Of a DNA stretch of 61,050 bases, positions 46,129 to 56,035 are shown piece by piece. The notes beneath the pieces were generated by a model that worked only from the letters and a program-made list of their open reading frames with translations, made no database searches and was not told where the DNA came from. The position numbers were made by a program, and so were the translations under genes. How positions within the stretch are numbered: the stretch's first letter is position 1; each line of letters opens with the position of its first letter. This DNA is from a virus (lineage: Duplodnaviria; Caudoviricetes), in the IMG/VR virus record IMGVR_UViG_3300021141_000010, positions 1 through 61,050 of that record. One strand, written 5' to 3'.

Positions 46129-46589
46129 CTAGCCTGCTCCTTTTTCAGTCGTTCAAGTGACATTGCGCCGACAATTTCGTATGTCTTACCATTTTCCTGG
46201 ATGAGAAAATGCGGCGTAACTGGAAAGGCGTGATCGTAGCAAATGCCGACCTTGTATCCGGCTTGTTCAAACTTTGGCCGCTGTACGGCCCACCACTGGT
46301 CGCAAGCCGGGCACGGCTTGCGAGAGAACATGATGACTTCTTTGAGTGCCTCGGCTCGCGGTGCTTGCGAAGGAGGTGCGAGATTGCATTCGCAATTCTC
46401 GCCACAGTTGCACACATCTACGCACTTGCAGACAGGGTTCATGCAAGCGATGGTGAACGGGCCGATCTTGATCGGCTCGTTCGGCTCGGGCTTTTTGGTA
46501 AGGTTCTTCGCGAACATGAACAGAACTGCTAGCACCGCGAAGGTGAACAGAACGCCGACTACTGTTTCTCTGGGCGTCTCGTTGCTCAT
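46125..46589 (-). CDS. Membrane-anchored thioredoxin-like protein with a metallothionein-like Cys cluster
   Basis: TM; CMNPVCKCVDVCNCGENCEC; MFSRKPCPACDQW; TP.F cis-Pro motif. Confidence 0.68.
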   Translation of the reverse strand: MSNETPRETVVGVLFTFAVLAVLFMFAKNLTKKPEPNEPIKIGPFTIACMNPVCKCVDVCNCGENCECNLAPPSQAPRAEALKEVIMFSRKPCPACDQWWAVQRPKFEQAGYKVGICYDHAFPVTPHFLIQENGKTYEIVGAMSLERLKKEQAR

Positions 46590-47473
46590 AATTTGCTCCC
46601 CACAAAGACCCAGAAGTCGTGATACTTCGTGCAAACAAATGCGTCTTGCATTGTGAACAATCCGAATCCTCCTTCACCCCATCCTTGACTGTTGGTTGGC
46701 CCGTACATCGGGTCTTGGCTAGGCCCCCAAGAGTTCTCAATGTCCGGGTGAACCAGATCGTTGCCGCCAACCCACTTACCAGAGTGGAACAAGGTGGCGT
46801 GGTTGCCAATGCTTCCGCCTTGGACGGCGTAGCCGTTCCTCAGTCGCATCGAGTTGCCGCCAACATGCCAAGCGTGGATGACTTGATGATCTCTCGCGAG
46901 CGCGCTCGCGAGAGCGATCTTGAAGGTGTTGTAGTTGTCGACCGGTAGCTTGTACGCCTCGAAAGTGGTGTAGCTTGCAGCGGCGTCTCTCGCCACTTCC
47001 ATCCACTTCGCTGGCAACTGGCTTTTGAGATAGATGTTGTCGGGGATTGTGTATTTGTCCTGACCTTTGCTCAAAACACGGGGAGCAATCCCCTGTTTTG
47101 AGAAAGCCATGCCGTCCTGTAGCAGAGATCCCTGATCTCTGCCCCGGTTGATGTGCATGTAGAGGTAGCAATCACTCAACACAACGTGAACAAGCCCATC
47201 CAAGTCCCGACCGTTGTGGAACGCATTAACGGTGGCCGATGCGTTGCACTTGCCAAGATTCCCCTGGTTCAACACCCACTTGAATCGGCGTTGTCGCATC
47301 TGCTTGTAGACATCACCCTTGAGGGACTTCTCAATGTCTTTCGGCTCAAGGTAGAAGTTCTCCCCGTACACTGGCATATCAGCCACGAGCGCACGCTCGG
47401 CGGGTGTCGGAGGGATGCAACCTACGGAAACCGTAGTCCCGTCTGGGAGTTTGAAGAATTCGGTTTCGCTCAT
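46586..47473 (-). CDS. Papain-like (C1) cysteine peptidase
   Basis: NQGNLGKC (oxyanion Q, catalytic C), GNHA, ENSWG..WGEGGFG. Confidence 0.85.
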   Translation of the reverse strand: MSETEFFKLPDGTTVSVGCIPPTPAERALVADMPVYGENFYLEPKDIEKSLKGDVYKQMRQRRFKWVLNQGNLGKCNASATVNAFHNGRDLDGLVHVVLSDCYLYMHINRGRDQGSLLQDGMAFSKQGIAPRVLSKGQDKYTIPDNIYLKSQLPAKWMEVARDAAASYTTFEAYKLPVDNYNTFKIALASALARDHQVIHAWHVGGNSMRLRNGYAVQGGSIGNHATLFHSGKWVGGNDLVHPDIENSWGPSQDPMYGPTNSQGWGEGGFGLFTMQDAFVCTKYHDFWVFVGSKL

Positions 47474-47850
47474 TTCAGGGACTCCTCAAAGGAACTCTTC
47501 CATGCCACCACTTTGCGAACCTTAGTGATCTTCCCTTCGGGAAGATCGACATAAGCCACCAAAGGCGGCTCGATGTTCTTTGCTTTTGCTGCTTCGAGAA
47601 TGGGCTTCGCCCATTCGTCGTCTTTGTCGACATCGCGGAACCCAACCAATTTGTTGGCTTCAACAAATTGGTTGGCGTTGCGAATCGCGATAGTCTGATC
47701 GACCGTAGCAGCAGTCTTTTCGCTGACTAGCACAACGGTCGACCCCGCTATGTTGGCAAAACTGCCCCTTCCAAGGGGCAGCTTGTCTCCGAACAGCAGG
47801 AACAAACCGCCAGCAATCATCAGCCATGGGCCGAGGCGGTTCTCGTTCAT
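47470..47850 (-). CDS. Membrane-anchored hypothetical protein
   Basis: N-terminal TM, then an alpha/beta domain. Confidence 0.6.
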   Translation of the reverse strand: MNENRLGPWLMIAGGLFLLFGDKLPLGRGSFANIAGSTVVLVSEKTAATVDQTIAIRNANQFVEANKLVGFRDVDKDDEWAKPILEAAKAKNIEPPLVAYVDLPEGKITKVRKVVAWKSSFEESLK

Positions 47851-47852
47851 GC

Positions 47853-48062
47853 TTATTCTCCCGTCTTCTTTGGCATCGTGGCGCGATAGGAATCGCCCAA
47901 GATCCAAGCCGACACGATGCCTCCAATGAAGAGCAAAGTAGCTTCGGGGATCGGTTGCCCTGCTTGCAGTGCTTTGATTGCTTCGTAAACCGGTTGGATC
48001 AACGATCCGACAGCCAAGATGTTTCGCTTCGATTTCAAGAAAGCTGCGATGAAGTCTTTCAT
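47853..48062 (-). CDS. Small two-TM holin-like protein
   Basis: FLKSKRNILAV..IVSAWILGDSYR. Confidence 0.6.
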   Translation of the reverse strand: MKDFIAAFLKSKRNILAVGSLIQPVYEAIKALQAGQPIPEATLLFIGGIVSAWILGDSYRATMPKKTGE

Positions 48063-48068
48063 TTGATG

Positions 48069-48371
48069 CTATTCCTTTGGAGTTGGGGTGAAGATCAAAG
48101 TAACAATCGCGTGTAGATGCGTGGTTGCATCACTGACGCCTCGCTGCTCGAAGTAGTCCGTCAAGACTTCGACGGCATTGACTGCACGATCTCGATCAAC
48201 TTTGGCGACATGGGAGCCGTCTTGGGGGGCTGGAATGGTCACAGGGGCAACTGGCTGTAACTGCTTGAGCAGTTCTGCCAGTTGATCCTGCGGGGCCTTG
48301 GGCTTACTGCCCCATGCCCAATAACCACCAACGGCCAGCAGAGCCAGTCCGATCATTGTGGTGATATCCAT
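48069..48371 (-). CDS. Membrane-anchored hypothetical protein
   Basis: N-terminal TM; TAATG coupling. Confidence 0.6.
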   Translation of the reverse strand: MDITTMIGLALLAVGGYWAWGSKPKAPQDQLAELLKQLQPVAPVTIPAPQDGSHVAKVDRDRAVNAVEVLTDYFEQRGVSDATTHLHAIVTLIFTPTPKE

Positions 48372-48628
48372 TAGTCGGCCCCCACACCTGTCAGGACTTC
48401 TTCGTCATCGAGTTCGACGCCCGAGGTCTTGCGATCCTGGAAGTATTTGATGACGGCCATAACGAGTTGGACGAGGAGAATGACCATCGCTGGATCGATC
48501 CCCACCAAAGCCTGATCCTTCTGTACCGCATCCCGAATCTGTTCCGTGTCTCCGTTGAATTGCTCGTTGTATTTACGAGCAAGTCGAACGGCCAGTCTGC
48601 GGTTTCTGAGTCTCAGTTTGCCAAACAT
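48371..48628 (-). CDS. Small membrane protein
   Basis: GIDPAMVILLVQLVMAVIKYF TM. Confidence 0.6.
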   Translation of the reverse strand: MFGKLRLRNRRLAVRLARKYNEQFNGDTEQIRDAVQKDQALVGIDPAMVILLVQLVMAVIKYFQDRKTSGVELDDEEVLTGVGAD

Positions 48629-48810
48629 TACTCGGCCTTCACGCCTTTCTTGGCCTCGGGCTTCTTGTCAGCCTCAACCAACTTGAACTTTTGTTCGCCA
48701 AAAACCGCGACCAAATCGCGATCCGACTCGACGACTTCACCCTTTGATGCAACCACCATCGGATTGTCGGATACTAGGTGTGATCCTTCAAGCAATTCGT
48801 ACTTAGCCAT
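48628..48810 (-). CDS. Small hypothetical protein following the capsid gene
   Basis: 60 aa; coupled to the next gene. Confidence 0.6.
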   Translation of the reverse strand: MAKYELLEGSHLVSDNPMVVASKGEVVESDRDLVAVFGEQKFKLVEADKKPEAKKGVKAE

Positions 48811-48834
48811 GAGCTATAGCCCTAAAGCCCTTTG

Positions 48835-48883
48835 CGAAAAGAAACCCCGACTATATGCCAAGGGCTTAGCATACAGTCGGGGT
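48835..48883 (-). terminator. Terminator after the major capsid gene
   Basis: ACCCCGACTGTATGC/GCATATAGTCGGGGT stem followed by TTCTTTT. Confidence 0.7.
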
Positions 48884-48913
48884 GCAGCGGGTGGTCAGGT
48901 TGTCATTTCAGCG

Positions 48914-49990
48914 TTAGCTGAAGTGGACGATGCCGCAGTTGGAGTTGATGTCAACCTTCATCTGAGGAACCATCATCGCCATCACTCGGAACTTCTCAAG
49001 CAAGCCGCCACGCTCTTGCCATTGGACTGTTTGAATGTCCATTCCGATGATGGTGCGAACAGTGCTGGAATCTTCTTGAACGAGCAACAGTTGGTTGCCG
49101 GTCAAGTAGTCACAAATTTCGACACTCGAAATTTGTGGGATCTGCTCGATCATCCGTTGCAACGAGGTCGAATCGTAGCTGGTGGAGAACGGACGCAGCA
49201 TGTATTGCAGGAAGCCCGTCGAGTACCAGAGCTTGAACGGCCCGTAGTGGAACTTGTCGTAAGCCAGTTGGATCATCGACAAGACGTTGGTGTAGGTATC
49301 GTTTGGAACCCAACCAACACCTGCGGGGTTGGCTACCGAACCGGTGAGCCGGTTCGGGAAGTTGGTCAACCCATAGAGGGTCGCCCCGCCGAAGGTGAAC
49401 GTGCCGAAGGTTCCCAAATGGAGCTTCTCAGCTTCTTCTGCAACCTTGATCGCAGCCAATTCCAACATCGAAGTGTCGAGTGGCGTATTGCCGTTCCGAC
49501 TGGTAGCCAACTGACGACTCGACATGGTGACTTCTTTGCTGATGATCGGCAAAGGAAGGTTGACCAAATCGTAGGTCGGTCGGTCGTTGTCACCAGGAGA
49601 CAGAGCGTCCATCGAAACGCGAGCCGCGCTGATGTCCGATTGTCGTTCGTATTGGTAAACCGTCTTGCCGAACCCGTTCGGCAAGTTGACCGCGAGGCCA
49701 GAGCTTCGCAGCCAGTTGACGATCTTGAGTCGCTTACGCGCCGCCTTGACGACTACGTCATCGACGTACTCCCATTCGTCCTTACGCAAGGTAGCACCTG
49801 CGTTGGTGACGTATGCGTTGACAATCGGATTGCCGTTGCTATCGACCTTACCAGTGTTGTGGTTGATGTAGGATCGACCATCTTCACCTACGAATGGGCG
49901 AAGAATGTTGGTGTCGAATCCACTCGCCAAAAGTTGGGACGAAATGCTCCCCGACGCTTGGCTATTCAAAACGAATTCAATGTTTTCCAT
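48914..49990 (-). CDS. Major capsid protein (HK97 fold, encapsulin-like family)
   Basis: TLRKDEW..D..PLPII..SRN..PLD..YGLTNFPNR; follows protease and cement genes. Confidence 0.88.
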   Translation of the reverse strand: MENIEFVLNSQASGSISSQLLASGFDTNILRPFVGEDGRSYINHNTGKVDSNGNPIVNAYVTNAGATLRKDEWEYVDDVVVKAARKRLKIVNWLRSSGLAVNLPNGFGKTVYQYERQSDISAARVSMDALSPGDNDRPTYDLVNLPLPIISKEVTMSSRQLATSRNGNTPLDTSMLELAAIKVAEEAEKLHLGTFGTFTFGGATLYGLTNFPNRLTGSVANPAGVGWVPNDTYTNVLSMIQLAYDKFHYGPFKLWYSTGFLQYMLRPFSTSYDSTSLQRMIEQIPQISSVEICDYLTGNQLLLVQEDSSTVRTIIGMDIQTVQWQERGGLLEKFRVMAMMVPQMKVDINSNCGIVHFS

Positions 49991-50008
49991 GAGAGTCGGT
50001 GTCCCTTA

Positions 50009-50443
50009 CTAGATGAAACGAACTGCGATCAGGTTTTGGGTTGTGACGTTCGAGGCTTCCTCGCAGATCGCAAACACCTTAACCGGCGTTCCGGTGGTTT
50101 TGATGAGAGTTCCGTCACCGCCGGAGATCAAGAGATCCCCAACTGCGACGTTTTCGTTGGCCTTGAGGCGGGCGTATCGCTTGGCTCCGGGGATGACATA
50201 CTCGGCATAAACCCGAGTGCCTGCGGCAGCGGCATCGTCTGATCCCAAGCCTTGCAGAGCATCTTCGTGGAGAATGAGGGTCGCACCATCACCACCAGAG
50301 GTAGCGTGTACATTGCACTCGGTCGCCGAAGTTCGGCGAACCAACATGCCAGGACGGAGAGTTGCGCCGGATGCGACCAAGAACTCCTCTTGGACTCCAT
50401 CAGGCCCAGCCAGTCGAATCGTGTTTGCAGCAGCAATCGTCAT
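50009..50443 (-). CDS. Capsid cement/decoration protein
   Basis: LRPGMLV..VAVGDLLISGGDGTL; lies between protease and capsid. Confidence 0.75.
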   Translation of the reverse strand: MTIAAANTIRLAGPDGVQEEFLVASGATLRPGMLVRRTSATECNVHATSGGDGATLILHEDALQGLGSDDAAAAGTRVYAEYVIPGAKRYARLKANENVAVGDLLISGGDGTLIKTTGTPVKVFAICEEASNVTTQNLIAVRFI

Positions 50444-50449
50444 TTGTCA

Positions 50450-51622
50450 CTAAGCCTTTGCTGAGAAAGTGGACGGAGCTAGGAATCCTTTGACCGCCGA
50501 GGCCGAAGGCTTTTCAATAGGAGCAGCAGACCCGGCATACAAAGGAGCCGAAGCTGGTGCAGAAGCAGTGGGGGCAGGTGCGGCATTCACCGCGAATACT
50601 GCCATCTTGCTGAGCGTTGCTGTTGGCAACACTGCAAGTTCTTCCTTGCTGAATTGATTCTTTTCGTTGGCTACGATCTGCTCGATCAAGCCATCGCGGT
50701 GTGCGGTGTTGACGGCGAAGGCTTCTTCGATCTTCGTCTTGACATCGGCAGGGGCCGATGCAAGAAGCTCGTCGAGATTCTTCGGAGCTTCGTTAGCGAC
50801 CGGGACTTCAACAGTCACGGTTCGTTGCAACTTGGCGAGTGCTTCAACCTGAACATCGGAGAGGTTGGTCACAAAGTCTTTGTGTTCGTCGCCAAGTACG
50901 GCGAGGATTTCATCGCGTTTCATTTTGACCTTCTCATTGACTATAAGAGGTTTTGATTCTCGAACTTCTTGTATTCGATTCTCTAATAGTTTACCCTCTG
51001 CTTCAGTCGCCGCCAAATTTTCAGCAGATTGGGTATTGACATCTGCGGCTTGAGAGTCTTTGTTGACCAGCAACCCCGCGCCGTCTTTAAGCGAACAAGC
51101 ACCCACACCATTGACGATTACCGCAAGGTGATCGGGACGAAAATTACGGGCCTTACCCGTAAATTCCTTACCGTTGTACTGACCAGAGAACACTTCTTTA
51201 TCAACGAAAAGACCGGTAGAAACTTCCATCGGCTCTTGCTTCGCAAGAGCCGTTTTGATAGCTTGGCCGCCGGGCACTACATCCAGTCGCGTTTCGTCAA
51301 ACCACGCTTCCGCACGAAGTTTTTTCGTGCGGGCGTTCCAAGAGGTGTTGAGAACCATGCCAACTCCAAAATCCTCAATGGATTCGGGGAGACATCCCGA
51401 TACGAACTGGTCACCCCGTTTGGGGTGACCTACGGTGATGGGCTTGTGATTCCAAGAAGCGACGGACTTGGTAATATCGGACTGTTCGTAAAGAATAGGC
51501 CCTTGATTACCGGCGAACACGCCTTCAACGATCATTGCTACGGGAGCGACGAGGTAGCTTCGACCCGCCAGTGTTTTCTTCTGAACTTTGCTCAGGGCTA
51601 GATTCGCTACCAATGTTTCCAT
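50450..51622 (-). CDS. Prohead protease/scaffold (DUF2213-like)
   Basis: WNHKPITVGHP, EVSTG, PDHLA, GACS..DG.G; helical C-terminal scaffold. Confidence 0.82.
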   Translation of the reverse strand: METLVANLALSKVQKKTLAGRSYLVAPVAMIVEGVFAGNQGPILYEQSDITKSVASWNHKPITVGHPKRGDQFVSGCLPESIEDFGVGMVLNTSWNARTKKLRAEAWFDETRLDVVPGGQAIKTALAKQEPMEVSTGLFVDKEVFSGQYNGKEFTGKARNFRPDHLAVIVNGVGACSLKDGAGLLVNKDSQAADVNTQSAENLAATEAEGKLLENRIQEVRESKPLIVNEKVKMKRDEILAVLGDEHKDFVTNLSDVQVEALAKLQRTVTVEVPVANEAPKNLDELLASAPADVKTKIEEAFAVNTAHRDGLIEQIVANEKNQFSKEELAVLPTATLSKMAVFAVNAAPAPTASAPASAPLYAGSAAPIEKPSASAVKGFLAPSTFSAKA

Positions 51623-51938
51623 CTTGAGATTCCTGTACAGGGAGTTCGATTCCCGCGAAAGCCTTGGACGCAATGCAAACGAACTTAGGGAACAGTATCC
51701 CGTAGGCTTGCTCGAAGGGAGCAGACTGCGCATCAGCCAAAATCTGACGCAAAGCCAGCACAGAATCATTATAACTTATGCTGCAATGGTCGCAATTTTC
51801 GACGCACGGGCTCGAACAGCACACTTGGAGATCTGCCTCGTGTATGAGGCTCTTTAGCTTCGCAGATCCGAGGAATACTTCCCCTTGTTCGAGCAATTCG
51901 ACAACTTCTGCGGCGAGGTCTGGGTTGAAATTACGCAT
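51525..51938 (-). CDS. Hypothetical protein between portal and protease
   Basis: Overlaps the portal stop; Cys cluster; 3' end overlaps the protease start. Confidence 0.45.
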   Translation of the reverse strand: MRNFNPDLAAEVVELLEQGEVFLGSAKLKSLIHEADLQVCCSSPCVENCDHCSISYNDSVLALRQILADAQSAPFEQAYGILFPKFVCIASKAFAGIELPVQESQDGNIGSESSPEQSSEENTGGSKLPRRSRSNDR

Positions 51939-53454
51939 TTGGCGGATTCTCCTTTTGGACTACGTTAGGGGGTGTTTTGCTGGGGTCTTTGGTATCTGTG
52001 GGCTTGGGGACATCGGGGATGCTTGAGGGCGTGTTGTTTTCCTGGCCGGACATCCCCTTCGCCAATTCTTGCAGAACTGGTGAGAACTCGGATCGCTTAG
52101 CCTTGGATATCGCCTCAGCCTCCTCAAATCGCAATCCCATAAATTTCGTGAGCCATTCGACCAAAGGAACAGCAGACTCGGCTCCGGCAGTCGTGTACCT
52201 AGCCAGGGCTTCGGTACGCTTGAGTCCGATTTCTGCCTTCTCTCCCTCAGTCATCTCGGCAAGTGGCTTCCACTTGACGATGTAAGGACGAGGCTTGCCG
52301 TCTCGCTTCTTGGTAGGCGGCAGTGCGCCGAACTGTTGGATCCGGTTGATCGTGGCTCTGATGATCTTTGGGGTGACGAAAAGTTCGCGTCGTTGGGCGA
52401 TCTTCTTCTTCCACGCATCTTCATCTTGTTCATTGGTCTGATTGCCACCGTAGTTACCAACCAGTTTGGTGATTGGGTATCCCTTAGCCGCCGCAATCAT
52501 CCGCAGAGCATTGTCAATGAACGGTTGGGGGGAGACTAGGGTGGGGGTCAGGGGCTTGACCTGCACACCCACCCCTGCGAAGTATCGTGACATGCCTTGT
52601 TCGTACTTGTAGATTTCGTCCTTGATCGCTTCGCGATCTTCTTCGGTGAGTTCGCCGTTTTGGGGATCCACCTCGAAGGCGTAGCCGGGAAAGCCCCCTT
52701 TCCAGTAAGCCTCTCCCGAAGCTGCGTTGATCTTACGCACATCGAAAAGTCGGTTGAAAACCGGTTCCATCCTCGGAAATCCAAAGATTTCGCTGGTGGT
52801 AAGGCGAGTATCCGCAACATGGATAACTCGCGACCAGTGAACTTGTATGGTATCTGTTACAGGAGTAGCATTCCTGTCTAGAGTCGAATCAATGGTGTCC
52901 TGAAAATCCAGTTCATAGAGCCTAGGTTGGCCATACCGAGGATTGTTACGATCCCTCTCCCACTCAGCAATCCTTGCTGAGGATTGGTCGAAAACTCGGT
53001 AGTACAGGACATTGGCAACGCCTGGGGAGTTAGCAACGCCGTCTTCGGTGAAACCCGGAGCAGGGAGAACAAACTCCTTCCCATCGTCTAACCCGATAAA
53101 CAAAACGGCATACTGGCCGATACCGGATACGGTATCGACCTTCGCTAGGTATTCGTGGAGGCTTGTCTCCACGACGAATGTAGAGACGGCCTTCTCGAAA
53201 GCCGTTTCGCGGCCTTCGTCTGTCTCGTAGATATCGGGGTATTCTGACCAGGATTCCTCGGGTTCTAGCGTCACGACTCGCTGTGCGATGTCTTGGCGGC
53301 GGTACATTTGAACGTAGTCGTCGATGGAGATCGACTCTGGGTAGCCGACCTCATCGTCGATGTCCCGATCTTCATTCTTGCCGTCGAGCAGGCTGTTATA
53401 GAACGCAGCACGGGACAACATGGCATTGGTGATGATGGAGTCTAGCTTGCTCAT
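51931..53454 (-). CDS. Portal protein (DUF1073-like)
   Basis: YRRQDIAQRVV, PRYGQP..Y, VHWSRVIH, PITKLVG; follows TerL. Confidence 0.85.
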   Translation of the reverse strand: MSKLDSIITNAMLSRAAFYNSLLDGKNEDRDIDDEVGYPESISIDDYVQMYRRQDIAQRVVTLEPEESWSEYPDIYETDEGRETAFEKAVSTFVVETSLHEYLAKVDTVSGIGQYAVLFIGLDDGKEFVLPAPGFTEDGVANSPGVANVLYYRVFDQSSARIAEWERDRNNPRYGQPRLYELDFQDTIDSTLDRNATPVTDTIQVHWSRVIHVADTRLTTSEIFGFPRMEPVFNRLFDVRKINAASGEAYWKGGFPGYAFEVDPQNGELTEEDREAIKDEIYKYEQGMSRYFAGVGVQVKPLTPTLVSPQPFIDNALRMIAAAKGYPITKLVGNYGGNQTNEQDEDAWKKKIAQRRELFVTPKIIRATINRIQQFGALPPTKKRDGKPRPYIVKWKPLAEMTEGEKAEIGLKRTEALARYTTAGAESAVPLVEWLTKFMGLRFEEAEAISKAKRSEFSPVLQELAKGMSGQENNTPSSIPDVPKPTDTKDPSKTPPNVVQKENPPNA

Positions 53455-54869
53455 AGGATTCCCAGTCTGGTTCGTTGTTTATCAAGCATGGAGAAAGCAC
53501 CCGAGCTTGCGTCTACTTGGTCGTCGTGCTTCCCGTTGGGGAAGTATGCGAGTTCTTCGAGGTAGGGGGTATTAAAAGCTCCCTTTACCATGTAGACATT
53601 CCCGGCATTGACCTGCACAGAGAATGTGTCTGCTCGGAGTTCCTTCTTGCCGGAGGCTAGGTTAGGGTAAACGCGAAAGCCGGACAGCCTCTTGACGGAA
53701 TCCCGTACAGAATCCACGCCCGATGACCCCGGCTCACGCTCAATTCCAATTCGGACGGATTTCCCATCCCGGTTCGCACAAGCGACGATTTGTCGTTCAC
53801 GCTCATCGGATGACCATTGGCCCCGACAGATGTCAAGGATCCAATATGAGCCATCCTTATGTAACCCCATTTTAACACCAACCGACCAGTCGCCGCCACC
53901 TTTGGTCGCAGCTTTGTCCCAGTATCGGACAATCTTGGAAAAGGCATCGATCCCCGGCGGATACTCAACAATGTTGATTCGCTCAGGTTTGAACATACCC
54001 CCACCTAGCGGGATTGGATCTTGGAGGATCTGACCTGAGTAGCCGAACTGTCCAAGCTCGACCTGCATCCGGTCGAGCGTCGGACGAGATAGTCGCACAG
54101 GGTCGAATAAGCCATTCTGATAGTAGTCTTGTAAGCTGGCTGGTTTGACTGCTGGGGTGATCTCACCCGGCAGGCAAATGTGCCGAACAGCGGCTTCTCC
54201 CCGTTCGATGTAAAGGGTGGACGGGTCGTCTTGGTGCAATCTCTGCATGACCACGAAGGTAGGCGTAAGGTCTTTGTTGACCTTACGCGAAGAGATGGTT
54301 TCCTTACACCAGTTTTTGGCGGTTTCCAAGTCGGCTTTTGATCGAACTTCCCTCGGGTTGATCGGATCGTCGATGACGATGATGTGTGCGTGCATCCCCG
54401 TGACCGATCCCCCAACGGCGACGGCGTACCGGTCGCCGTTATAATTGTTGGCCCAGTGACTCTTCGAGTTAGTATCCTTGCTGAGTTGGATATTTGGAAA
54501 CGTCTTCTGGTACAGCGGAGACTCTACGATCTGCCTGGACTTGCCAGACAAGTCCAGGGCCAGAGCGTCGGTATAGGACGCACCGATCATCCGAAGGTGG
54601 GGCATGCGAGTCCAGGCCCAAGGTACGAGCATCACGCTGAACAGCGTTGACTTGCTCGTACCGGGGGAGATGTTCACCAGAAGATCGTTGGGCGAGTTCT
54701 CTCCTCGAAAAACTCGTTCCATTGCCTCTTGTATTGTGTCACAGAGGAACTTAATATGCCAGTTGCATACCAAGGGGTCTTTGACGATGGTGTGCCAGAA
54801 ATGCTTAACGAACTCGAAATACGAGGCGCGGCAAGTCGAGGCGAGTAGGTCGTAATAGTCAAATTTCAC
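53451..54869 (-). CDS. terL: Terminase large subunit
   Basis: NISPGTSKS, TGMHAHIIVIDDP, MQRLH, YWDKA, HDDQVDA. GTG start chosen. Confidence 0.93.
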   Translation of the reverse strand: MKFDYYDLLASTCRASYFEFVKHFWHTIVKDPLVCNWHIKFLCDTIQEAMERVFRGENSPNDLLVNISPGTSKSTLFSVMLVPWAWTRMPHLRMIGASYTDALALDLSGKSRQIVESPLYQKTFPNIQLSKDTNSKSHWANNYNGDRYAVAVGGSVTGMHAHIIVIDDPINPREVRSKADLETAKNWCKETISSRKVNKDLTPTFVVMQRLHQDDPSTLYIERGEAAVRHICLPGEITPAVKPASLQDYYQNGLFDPVRLSRPTLDRMQVELGQFGYSGQILQDPIPLGGGMFKPERINIVEYPPGIDAFSKIVRYWDKAATKGGGDWSVGVKMGLHKDGSYWILDICRGQWSSDERERQIVACANRDGKSVRIGIEREPGSSGVDSVRDSVKRLSGFRVYPNLASGKKELRADTFSVQVNAGNVYMVKGAFNTPYLEELAYFPNGKHDDQVDASSGAFSMLDKQRTRLGIL

Positions 54870-54940
54870 AAAATAGCCCTGTAGACAAAAACCTGATACC
54901 CAGTAAGATACCATTAGTTCTTTTAATTCACAAGGATTCT

Positions 54941-55381
54941 ATGACAAACGCAGCAGAAGAGATGATCGAACCGCCAACCAGACAAGAGATGGCGTCCGAC
55001 GAGAAATTGGCACGCCGCATCTTGACTCGAACCAAAGATCAAGACATCCGAATACTCTGCAAGAATTTCATCAAGTGGGTGGCACAAGTAGATCGGTACG
55101 CCGATTCGATCTACCCCTGCTTCTCGATGATGGAGAAGGAGATTCGTCAGCACGGTGCGTCGTTTTCTTTGGAAAACGACGGAATCTGGAGGCTACGATC
55201 TTCTAAAGGGAAGATCGTAGTGACTGGAACAAGTCTGAAAGACTTGTTCGTGAACCTGATTCTCTGGCAAGGGGATTGGCCAGAGGACGAGTTTCTAGAA
55301 GATTGCGCTACCGAGGAGGACGCGATCTTTGAGCCAGATAGGCGAAAAACACCGAAAAACAGAGATAGTACCAACGTATAA
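54941..55381 (+). CDS. Hypothetical protein
   Basis: AAGGA SD; divergent from terL. Confidence 0.65.
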   Translation: MTNAAEEMIEPPTRQEMASDEKLARRILTRTKDQDIRILCKNFIKWVAQVDRYADSIYPCFSMMEKEIRQHGASFSLENDGIWRLRSSKGKIVVTGTSLKDLFVNLILWQGDWPEDEFLEDCATEEDAIFEPDRRKTPKNRDSTNV

Positions 55382-55429
55382 CATGAGGATAGCCCGTTTC
55401 TAGGGCATACCCATGTACGAAGGATTACT

Positions 55430-56035
55430 ATGTCGACCGAACCAAATTCCGAAATCGGACAAGCTGTCAATGAACTTCTTACCACCGTAGTCGATTTTAA
55501 GACCCCCGGCGGGTTATTAGGGGCAATGGTCGCCTTTACGCGAGGGCTGGCGGCTTGCGCCGCCGCCCACAATGCGTTTGCAGATTCGGATCTCTCTGAG
55601 AGTAAATTCAAATACAACATTGAACACTCTGGCACAATTTTCGATGTCATTGAATCCGCCGTCTGGCTCTCTGACGAAAATTCTAGCGATTCTATGAGCC
55701 AGGAGATGCTCGATGAGTCGTTCGCATTGTTCGGCAAGCTCCTTGGCAACAAACTCAACAAATGCGACATAGTAACAGCAGTCTTAGAGGAGGAGGCGGT
55801 TTCAGAGGATTGTCAGTTTATTGATCGAGCGACCTTCGCCGTGAGAAGGTTGTATGTGCTGACATATTTGCGAATCGCCCTTGCCCCTCTTGCTCATGCG
55901 ATTTCTGAGGAGATGTGGGATAGCTTTGCCCACGAGTTCTACGAATCCGTGCAAAAACATAGTGTGGAAAAGACGAAAGAGATCATTACTCGCCTCAATG
56001 AGATGTCCCCCCCAATCCAGAAAGGGGCACGATAA
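55430..56035 (+). CDS. Hypothetical acidic helical protein
   Basis: AAGGA SD; TAATG coupling. Confidence 0.65.
   Translation: MSTEPNSEIGQAVNELLTTVVDFKTPGGLLGAMVAFTRGLAACAAAHNAFADSDLSESKFKYNIEHSGTIFDVIESAVWLSDENSSDSMSQEMLDESFALFGKLLGNKLNKCDIVTAVLEEEAVSEDCQFIDRATFAVRRLYVLTYLRIALAPLAHAISEEMWDSFAHEFYESVQKHSVEKTKEIITRLNEMSPPIQKGAR

Noticed and set aside
48467-50242. 591-aa + strand ORF
   Set aside because: Antisense shadow of the capsid and cement genes; no motifs, and it runs across a terminator
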